Source: Candidatus Vecturithrix sp. (GTDB lineage Bacteria > Moduliflexota > Moduliflexia > Moduliflexales > Moduliflexaceae). From it: a DNA stretch of 64,000 nucleotides. Every line of letters begins with the position of its first letter. Position 1 is the stretch's first letter. The stretch is taken from assembly GCA_040772385.1 (NCBI GenBank), contig JAXGYF010000001.1:5048545-5112544 (forward strand), given 5' to 3'. Of the stretch, positions 57,255 through 64,000 are shown piece by piece. The notes under the pieces are model-generated. The model saw nothing but the letters and a program-made list of their open reading frames with translations. It searched no databases and was not told where the DNA came from. The translations under genes were made by a program, and so were the position numbers.

Positions 57255-58835
57255 ATGATCTCGTTAAATAAAGTACTAGAGCTTCTTGGAATTATCAAGC
57301 AATTGCGTTCATGTGAAACATTAGCGGAAATTGCTAAACAAGAGGATAATTTACAGAAAGCAAGTGTAGGGTTACTATTCAAGAAAGAACTAAATACATT
57401 ACGAAAGATTGTTGCCGATATTAACAAGTTTTTGACAGTCAGCAACAAGATTGAGAAGCATGAGCTATTAGAAGAAATAGTTGCTTTAATCGAAGGAACT
57501 GAATATTATCTAAACCCTAAGTTGGCTGGTGTAATTTATGGACTGATTTATCTTGTAATTTTTGTTGTATTGGCTAGTATAACTATAACTCCATTTCAAG
57601 CGATTATTATCGTTTTTTCATTAGGAGTTTTATCCTATTTTTCGATGGGATTCATTTATACGCTTTACATATTCCCCTTCTATAATAAAAGCTTATCTTT
57701 GATCTTGAAGGAAGAAGAATTACTTATTGCTTCTTTAAATATCAAACACATCCCGAACAATTATATAGTAGGACCTCCTATTCGGCCTGGAAAACATAAT
57801 CTGTTCGTTGGGAGGGAGTTAATTTTTAGGAGGATTTTGGGGTTATTAGAGAATCAATTTGATAAACCATCTATTATTCTACACGGGCAACGAAGAATGG
57901 GCAAAACCTCAATACTATATCACATAGAAGACTATTTCAAAAACTCCTCTACTAAATTTAATATTATCACAATATTGGCCGATATGCAATCTGTTACGCA
58001 AGTCAAAAATGTAGGTGAGTTTCTTTATAATGTCTGTCGAATAATTCGAAATACAGTAAGTAAATATGGAGTAATGGTAGAACTCCCCACTGTTGAATCT
58101 TTTGAAAAACGACCGTTTCTTAGATTTGACGAGTTTTTGGATGAATTAACTAAGCTCATATCTCCGTATAGTTACATCTTTTTAATGTTAGATGAATTCG
58201 AGGAAATAGAGTATAAAATAAAGCAAGGTATCTTTCAAAAAAATCTGCTGGAAGAATTTCGAAGTATAATGCAACATCGAGAAAAGCTGTTCCTAATTTT
58301 TTCAGGTTCACATGCTTTGAATGAGATGTGCAAAGATTTTTGGTCTCCATTTTTCCACATAGCAGAGCCTATTAAAATAGGGTATTTATCTGACGAAGCT
58401 GCAACAAGACTGATAACCACTCCATGGGAGAATTTTCCCATTAGCTATGAGTTAGCCGCAGTGAAGGAAATTATGCGAATTACCGGCAATCAACCGATGC
58501 TAATTCAGGTTATTTGTCGTACACTCATAGATCAAATGAATGAACAGTTGGATTCACAACAAATTCTTCCATATAAGTTTCCAAAACTTAGAATCCAAAA
58601 TGTACATGAGGCGATTGGGCAAAGTCTGACTGGAAGTTATTATTTTGAGGCAATGTGGAACAGTTTGGAGAAATCAGAGCAAATGCTATTAACAAATATG
58701 GCAAGAGGGAAGGAAGAGACATCTCAGAATATTGACGATGATGTAGTACATTCGCTTCAAAAAAAGGAATTGCTGACCAATGATAATAAATACAGAATTC
58801 CCTTGTTGCATGATTGGATTCGAGAGAATAAATAG
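57255..58835 (+). CDS. Membrane-anchored P-loop ATPase (N-terminal TM helices plus Arch_ATPase/AAA-like domain)
   Basis: LFVGRELIFRRILGLLE...ILHGQRRMGKTSILYHI (Walker A), IFLMLDEFEE (Walker B), and TM helices at about residues 90-150. Confidence 0.5.
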   Translation: MISLNKVLELLGIIKQLRSCETLAEIAKQEDNLQKASVGLLFKKELNTLRKIVADINKFLTVSNKIEKHELLEEIVALIEGTEYYLNPKLAGVIYGLIYLVIFVVLASITITPFQAIIIVFSLGVLSYFSMGFIYTLYIFPFYNKSLSLILKEEELLIASLNIKHIPNNYIVGPPIRPGKHNLFVGRELIFRRILGLLENQFDKPSIILHGQRRMGKTSILYHIEDYFKNSSTKFNIITILADMQSVTQVKNVGEFLYNVCRIIRNTVSKYGVMVELPTVESFEKRPFLRFDEFLDELTKLISPYSYIFLMLDEFEEIEYKIKQGIFQKNLLEEFRSIMQHREKLFLIFSGSHALNEMCKDFWSPFFHIAEPIKIGYLSDEAATRLITTPWENFPISYELAAVKEIMRITGNQPMLIQVICRTLIDQMNEQLDSQQILPYKFPKLRIQNVHEAIGQSLTGSYYFEAMWNSLEKSEQMLLTNMARGKEETSQNIDDDVVHSLQKKELLTNDNKYRIPLLHDWIRENK

Positions 58836-58853
58836 ATAATCATAGACTAAGAA

Positions 58854-58995
58854 ATCGAACAAAGCAATGCACGTGACTTCGGCCCGCTGTCGCCAATTTC
58901 CGCATACGCCTCTCGCATAACAGTTTGGTGGCAGCATCAAATGCGTTGCCCGTCGTGAGGAGCGGGCCAAAGCCACGTGATTGCAGGCGTTAGGC
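58854..58995 (+). other. attC-like site of a second type (ATCGAAC ... CACGTGACTTCGGCCCGCT ... AGCGGGCCAAAGCCACGTG ... GCGTTAGGC)
   Basis: It ends in a perfect GTTRRRY core, GTTAGGC, with an 18-bp inverted repeat inside. It starts 19 nt after the stop of the 539-aa gene. Confidence 0.5.
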
Positions 58996-59052
58996 CAGTC
59001 AAATGGACTGTAATGAAATAATCGCAAGAAAAAGAGATGAGCTACGAGTACC

Positions 59053-59430
59053 TTGAAAAGAGACAACAATATCATGCATAAGTACACATCACGCTCAGCA
59101 ATACAACATCGTGCCATTCAGGCATGTCTCTTCTCGCTTTTTCTTGGCGTGGTCACAGGACTTGTCGTGGGCGGTATCATGATGTCGATTGCTTGGGAAC
59201 ATAATCCTCAAGGAGAGTTTCATGGATATGGAACGATTCATTGGGGACATTGGTTCTTACTTGGGTTTTTATGGTTCATTCCCACCTGTGTTGTGGCCAC
59301 CCTGCTGTATGCATGTTTTGCTGTAGGAACTGTGTTTGTTATCTCACGTGGTCGAAGGGGTTTTTCGTACCTGTGTGAGGAATCACAACATCAAGAACAT
59401 GAGAAGAAAAGAAAACTTGACGGGATATAA
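59053..59430 (+). CDS. Small integral membrane protein (cassette ORF)
   Basis: Three hydrophobic helices; GC about 42%. Confidence 0.4.
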   Translation: MKRDNNIMHKYTSRSAIQHRAIQACLFSLFLGVVTGLVVGGIMMSIAWEHNPQGEFHGYGTIHWGHWFLLGFLWFIPTCVVATLLYACFAVGTVFVISRGRRGFSYLCEESQHQEHEKKRKLDGI

Positions 59431-59515
59431 ATGTTGCTATATGCATCGGTTCTTGGGCGATAAAGGCGTAGAACATCCCTAAAAATGGCGGTGTACGCGT
59501 ACACAAAAAGAGGCT

Positions 59516-59875
59516 ATGGCAACCTATAAAGACCAACTTCTCAAGGCATTATCCGAAAGTGGGTGGGAACAACTTGAGGTGAACGAGGAGGGGATCGACT
59601 GGTGGGGCGATGAAATGTGGAAGATGCGATCAATTCGAGAACAGTGGGGGATGGAACTCTATCTCACATTTCTTGTTGATCCTCTCTGGGAGGGACCACG
59701 AAAAAAGAGCCAAGGGATTTGGGCAATTCTGGCAACATCCGAATTCCCGACCGATTGGCGGCAACCTCATGGCAAAATTGCGACACTCTCTATGGCAAAA
59801 CGAAAATTTGGACCAAAACTAAACGCATTTATTCGTGATATTCATGCCTACAGGATTGCACAACAGAGGGTATAA
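59516..59875 (+). CDS. Hypothetical protein (cassette ORF)
   Basis: An ORF with an AGAGG RBS that ends 22 nt before an attC-like site. Confidence 0.4.
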   Translation: MATYKDQLLKALSESGWEQLEVNEEGIDWWGDEMWKMRSIREQWGMELYLTFLVDPLWEGPRKKSQGIWAILATSEFPTDWRQPHGKIATLSMAKRKFGPKLNAFIRDIHAYRIAQQRV

Positions 59876-59897
59876 GCATTTTAGAATCAAAGGGTTG

Positions 59898-60008
59898 GCC
59901 TAACACTCGCTTGCAGGGGACGCACAACAGCGGGCGGGGAAAATGGGTTGCCAGATGTCAAGCGCGGCTGCGCCCGCTGTTGTGCGCCCCTGAAGCGGGG
60001 CGTTCGGC
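59898..60008 (+). other. attC-like site (GCCTAAC ... CGCACAACAGCGGGCGG ... GCGCCCGCTGTTGTGCG ... GGGGCGTTCGGC)
   Basis: A perfect RYYYAAC and a GTTCGGC end, with the same architecture and length as 55512-55621. Confidence 0.6.
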
Positions 60009-60044
60009 GTCTTTTATAGCAACGTCAAATAACATAGGTAACAT

Positions 60045-61094
60045 ATGAGAATATTTGGCATTGACGATGATGGAACATTCAAAGAATATGGAGAAATACC
60101 ATTCCAACAGGAACATACAGAAGCTCTACTTGAGAGTTGGTTAGAAGCCAATCCCCAAAATATTCTTGAAGACGGTAATTTGCTCATTATTGGGCGACAA
60201 GTGACCACAAATTTAGGTAGTGTCATTGATTTGCTCGGTATTGACCGACAAGGCGATCTCGTCGTCCTTGAATTAAAACGGGATCGAACCCCGCGAGAAA
60301 CGCTTGCGCAAGTTTTAGAGTATGCCTCTTTTGTAGAAGAACTCGGAGCTGAACAATTAGAAACCATTCTACGAAACTATCTCAACGACGAATCTATCAG
60401 TTTAGCCGAATACCATCAACAGTATTTCACCATTGCCCCAGAAGAAGCGGTCGTCTTGAACAATGATCAGCGATTAGTCATTGTCGGTCAGCGTATCACC
60501 GAAGACATCCTGCAAACAGCCCTATTTTTACGGAAAAAAGGCCTACGTGTCACCTGTTTAGAATTCTCATTTTTCAAAACAGCCGAAGGGCTGAAACTTC
60601 TCTCATATGATATTGTGGTTGGCAGAGAGACTTACAACGTCAAACAAATTGCGTCAGGAGCCTTACCAATCATCTCACGGGAGGCATTTCTGGCCTCTTT
60701 AGATGATACCGGACGAGAGGTCTTTCAAACGATTTTAACCTATGCTGATGAGGAAGCCTTACCCATTCATTGGGGGAGTAAGGGATTTTCGCTCAATGTT
60801 GATAAGCATGGGATGCATGTGGCTATTTGCTTTGGCTATCCTCCGCATTCCGTCTATAAACAATCATTATATACAGCGCTTGTTGGACGAGGCGGGTTAC
60901 TCAGTAAACTCACTATCCCTGAAGAACAGATCACGCAATTATGGCAAAAAGCGGAATCTACCGGGTTATTTCAACGTGCTGGAAAAGAATTAAAATGTGT
61001 ACTTGACAAAGAGTTCTCACACGAGCAAATCAAGGTCATCGTAGCATGGCTGAAAGATGTTGTCGCAATGGTTCAACAATATGAGACGAAGTGA
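60045..61094 (+). CDS. PD-(D/E)xK nuclease-superfamily protein (NucS/DUF91-like N-terminal domain) with a C-terminal extension
   Basis: GSVIDLLGIDRQGDLVVLELKRDRTPRETLAQVLEYASF contains the D...E-L-K catalytic triad typical of restriction-endonuclease-like folds. Confidence 0.5.
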   Translation: MRIFGIDDDGTFKEYGEIPFQQEHTEALLESWLEANPQNILEDGNLLIIGRQVTTNLGSVIDLLGIDRQGDLVVLELKRDRTPRETLAQVLEYASFVEELGAEQLETILRNYLNDESISLAEYHQQYFTIAPEEAVVLNNDQRLVIVGQRITEDILQTALFLRKKGLRVTCLEFSFFKTAEGLKLLSYDIVVGRETYNVKQIASGALPIISREAFLASLDDTGREVFQTILTYADEEALPIHWGSKGFSLNVDKHGMHVAICFGYPPHSVYKQSLYTALVGRGGLLSKLTIPEEQITQLWQKAESTGLFQRAGKELKCVLDKEFSHEQIKVIVAWLKDVVAMVQQYETK

Positions 61095-61101
61095 TAAGAA
61101 C

Positions 61102-61215
61102 GCCGAACAAGGCGTTTGCAGCGGACTCCGGGAAGGCGGGCGGAAAAATTGGTTGCTCTTTCCCGAAGTTTGGTTGCGCCCGCCTTCCCGAAGCCGCTGA
61201 AACGCGGTCATTAGT
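61102..61215 (+). other. attC-like site (GCCGAAC ... GCGTTTGCAGCGGACTCCGGGAAGGCGGGCGG ... CCGCCCGCCTTCCCGAAGCCGCTGAAACGC), 3' core degenerate or disrupted
   Basis: The 5' half is typical of the family. A 3' GTTCGGC-like core is not found, and the sequence runs into the GC-rich block. Confidence 0.45.
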
Positions 61216-61995
61216 GTGCCAAGCGAAGCTTGGTGTATCTTGCAGGGTGCAAGTCCCTGCCGGGACCCACCCGTAGCGAGTGTTGCGTCATGGGCGGACA
61301 TGAGAGTGGTGATGGTATGCAGGTCTTTGAGGCACGGAAGGGGACACCCGGACACAGACGACTCCTGAAACCTCAAGACCTCTCATGGAACACGCATGAC
61401 GAAGCGTCCACAGCGAATCGTGCAGGCCGTAGGGGAGACCGTGACTCCCTGAACGTTGACATCGCTCCGAACTCGCTCTTTCAGTCGTCGAGGGAGGTCA
61501 CGCAGACCGACGACTCTCTCAAGCATCCGTGAGGAGAGCATGGCCACCGCTGAGGCGACCCGTGAGTGCAAGGATGTGGCGGGCTGGCGGAGTTCACTGG
61601 AAACGGTGGCATGGATGAAGAGATACAGACAAGCACGTGGGAAGCCCCGGAGATTGTCTCACATTCCAACGTGAGAACAGACGTGGAGTCCCCTCACCGG
61701 GAAAGCGTCTGCTCCGAGGTGGCGGATGCCCTCGTCGTACTCCGAGGAGGAGAAAGACCGCTCCATGGGAAAGGGGGGCACGGGAGGACGTAGCCGTACA
61801 GGAAACGTCTGCCGGACATGCAGGGTCGGAGACCAGGAGCCAACCTCACTGCGGGGAAGAGCACATCAGGAAATGAAGTGACTTGTCTGACACGGAAGCG
61901 AGTCCAACCGAGGAGCCTTGTGAGGGAACACTTCACGCAGGGATCTGTGCGGGGGGAGCCGGGTGACCGGCTTTCCTACCGCGTCGCCCTCTTTT
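61216..61995 (+). other. GC-rich (~58%) ~780-bp segment without a credible ORF, wedged after an attC-like site; candidate ORF-less group II (class C-attC-like) intron or other structured RNA / foreign fragment
   Basis: Only short overlapping ORFs on both strands. The 5' end begins GTGTGCC..., and a GNRA-capped hairpin GAGCCGGGUGACCGGCUUUC lies near the 3' end. The composition is discordant with the flanking ~38% GC cassettes. Confidence 0.3.
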
Positions 61996-62038
61996 AGGAT
62001 ATTAACATGGATTTAAGAATCAGGAGATCGAGATAATC

Positions 62039-63457
62039 ATGAGTAAGCTTTTGAGAGTATGGATGTACATCAAAACAAGGAAACTGAGATCGGTTGTCAT
62101 TCTTTTCTTTCTGTGTATTCTTTTCGGCTCGACGTACTTCTCTTTCGAATATGGATACATGTTTCACCCTCCAACAGCCAGGATTCCTCTTGGAAGCCAT
62201 TTTCCAGATCTGCCTCCCGATGAACGGCATCATTACCTTGAGTTTTTCGTTGATCATGACGAGCCCTCTAGGGGGACATTTATGGGATTTTTTCGGCTCA
62301 GTCCGAATTTTCAAAAAGGCTCGGAAGTGATTTTCTATCTCACAGACGGTCAGCAGGAAAAGGTTGGCCTTTCACCATGGGACGAATATTTTGAAGGAAA
62401 ACTTGAAGGGCTCTCTTACGTCACCATCTGCCGACGAGGGCATTATCCGATATTGTTTCCTGAGGTGTTCGATGCCGAGGGAAAGCCAGATTTGAAGGAG
62501 GCACTTCAGCTCTATGGAACATCCCAACAAATTGAAGACATTGAAACTGTGCGCTTGGCGATGCTTGCCAAAGGACTCATTCCTCCTCATGGAAAAATTA
62601 TGCTCTACGGAACCTCTGGAGGAGGGATTCTTATCGAGCAATATCTCGCGAAATATGGGAGAAACGTCTCACGCGCTTTGATCGAAGCCTCATACGGTGG
62701 CGATGTCTTCAGAAAACGAAAAGGCTCATATGACGACTGGCTCCTAGACAGGATGGCAACGCACTCTCCAGAGACATTGGCAAAACTCACTGAAATCGTT
62801 GAGTCGGGAGATGTGGATCGAACACAATTTTCCTTCCTGCTTCAGCGGCCATGTTATTTTTCGTTTCAAGGTGAACAATTCGTTCTGGACCTCATTGACG
62901 ATGTGCACTCCGGAGGAAAATGGGCATACTGGAAAGCGTTATGTCATCCTGGCTACAATTTCACGGTTGTTGATTTCATGATGCAGCTTCCCATTGAATT
63001 GGCCGTGAAGGTCAGATGCTATGAAATACTGGGAGAACGTATTGTTGAATACCGGAAGAGGACGTCGAAGCGAATCAATTTGATGTATGAATGGGCACAG
63101 CATACGATTTCTGATTTCATCACGGCGAGGGAAATGGGAGCAATCAGCGCTGTGAATCTTGGAATTGAGGGGCAGCGACAGGCGTTCACAGGGGAAATTG
63201 TCTTCATGGCCGCCGATGGCGACCACGTGTTCCCAAGTGAAGCCGTTCAATTGTCCGCCATGGAATACCCGACATCCCGTTTCGCCCTTTTTCATGATAC
63301 TCACATCTTTGGAGTGGAGGACAACCAACAGTATTATCGTGATGTCCGCCGAACGTTCTTCGAGCATGGACTACACTCACCTGAATTCGACACGGTGATG
63401 TCTGATGGACGTCAATTGAACAGGGAAGAGAGTCGAACACATGATGGCAGCTCTTAA
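62039..63457 (+). CDS. Alpha/beta-hydrolase-fold protein with N-terminal TM/signal anchor (GxSxG nucleophile elbow GTSGG)
   Basis: IMLYGTSGGGILIEQY and an N-terminal hydrophobic segment VVILFFLCILFGSTYF. Confidence 0.45.
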   Translation: MSKLLRVWMYIKTRKLRSVVILFFLCILFGSTYFSFEYGYMFHPPTARIPLGSHFPDLPPDERHHYLEFFVDHDEPSRGTFMGFFRLSPNFQKGSEVIFYLTDGQQEKVGLSPWDEYFEGKLEGLSYVTICRRGHYPILFPEVFDAEGKPDLKEALQLYGTSQQIEDIETVRLAMLAKGLIPPHGKIMLYGTSGGGILIEQYLAKYGRNVSRALIEASYGGDVFRKRKGSYDDWLLDRMATHSPETLAKLTEIVESGDVDRTQFSFLLQRPCYFSFQGEQFVLDLIDDVHSGGKWAYWKALCHPGYNFTVVDFMMQLPIELAVKVRCYEILGERIVEYRKRTSKRINLMYEWAQHTISDFITAREMGAISAVNLGIEGQRQAFTGEIVFMAADGDHVFPSEAVQLSAMEYPTSRFALFHDTHIFGVEDNQQYYRDVRRTFFEHGLHSPEFDTVMSDGRQLNREESRTHDGSS

Positions 63458-63513
63458 CGACCGTTGGCATGGGCTGGAGTCAGCCTTGTTTTCAACACCG
63501 AGTATGAAAAGTC

Positions 63514-63735
63514 ATGTGTCGTGATAAAACCATTCAGTACGAGATCTTTGAACAAATGGCACACAACTCAACGAAGTTGAATCTCCCTGAAGAAGATGAG
63601 AGGAAAGACTTGATAGACACGAAAAAGAAGAAAGACATGCTCATGGGTGATCCCCAGAGTTATTCCGGGAATCATGGAAAATGGAACGAATTTATCATCA
63701 GTTGGAGGATGTCACTGAAACAAACGTTAAGTTGA
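63514..63735 (+). CDS. Small hypothetical protein (cassette ORF)
   Basis: ORF only. Confidence 0.25.
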   Translation: MCRDKTIQYEIFEQMAHNSTKLNLPEEDERKDLIDTKKKKDMLMGDPQSYSGNHGKWNEFIISWRMSLKQTLS

Positions 63736-63899
63736 ATCGAGAAGCATGGGATCTGTGGTGGAACCAGGAACAACAAGAATGTGATTCAATACCGTAAAAG
63801 CTGGGAACAGGAGAGGATGAACACTTAAATGTTGGTATTTAAAAAGAATTGGGGGCTAACAATGGCTTGGAGGACGATTTCAAGCCCGCTGGCGTCAAT

Positions 63900-63992
63900 T
63901 CACGAAATGAGCATGTCTTAAGGCTCAGAGGAATTTCAGGCGTGGTCGGCGTCGGTCAGGGCGGGCTTCAAACGCCTCAAGCCGGGCGTTCG
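63900..63992 (+). other. Probable attC-like site at the window edge (…CAGGGCGGGCTTCAAACGCCTCAAGCCGGGCGTTCGGCG)
   Basis: Shares the GGGCGTTCGGCG 3' end and the GGGCGGGC motif of the other sites. Its 5' boundary is unclear. Confidence 0.4.
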
Positions 63993-64000
63993 GCGTAAAA

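Noticed and set aside
60270-60300. tRNA-like T-arm sequence GGGATCGAACCCCGCG
   Set aside because: It lies in frame inside a well-supported CDS (KRDRTPRETL). No acceptor or anticodon stems can be built around it. No tRNA is called anywhere in the window.
61216-61995. Confident call of a group II intron
   Set aside because: I could not locate a canonical 34-nt domain V with the AGC triad and bulge, nor an intron-encoded reverse transcriptase. It is kept only as a low-confidence candidate.

Overview
This window reads as a bacterial chromosome (about 50% GC in the core genes) with no rRNA, tRNA or CRISPR that I can support. The left 36 kb holds ordinary but interesting anaerobic metabolism. A minus-strand operon carries a sugar ABC binding protein, a DUF4432-like protein, a GH4 glycosidase, a glycyl-radical enzyme (GRE) of the dehydratase/lyase type and its radical-SAM activase. 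Next come split dihydroxyacetone kinase genes (dhaK, then mtnN on the other strand, then dhaL). Then a complete Acetobacterium-type lactate utilisation cluster: sensor kinase, sigma-54 response regulator, L-lactate permease, EtfB, EtfA, an FAD-dependent lactate dehydrogenase and lactate racemase LarA. After that come an orphan TRAP binding protein, a DeoR regulator, a ribose-type ABC transporter and an SDR. Last on this side is a sugar-phosphate-utilising (SPU-type) bacterial microcompartment (BMC) locus with two BMC-H, one tandem BMC-T and four BMC-P shell genes, plus an aldehyde dehydrogenase, RpiB and DeoC that each carry an N-terminal encapsulation-peptide-like extension. Directly after deoC, two integron integrase genes sit in tandem on the minus strand. 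The remaining 26 kb is AT-rich and looks like a chromosomal integron cassette array. It has repeated attC-like sites of about 110 bp downstream of plus-strand cassette genes. The cassettes include HicAB, a PD-(D/E)xK nuclease, an alpha/beta hydrolase, and a pair of Arch_ATPase-like P-loop proteins with membrane partners. They also include a STAND NTPase with TPR repeats, followed by a PaaK-like adenylating enzyme fused to a minimal nucleotidyltransferase, and a cold-shock-domain fusion protein. GC-rich mobile elements interrupt the array. Two diverged direct copies of an IS91-family element each carry a tyrosine recombinase gene plus an HUH-Y2 transposase gene. A frameshifted IS transposase and an IS1634-like element with an in-frame TGA are also present. 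Together they break a NACHT NTPase gene into at least two fragments. Four families of short palindromic or stem-loop intergenic repeats are scattered through the window. There is also an unexplained array of six copies of a perfect 16-bp palindrome, and a GC-rich 780-bp non-coding block right after an attC-like site.
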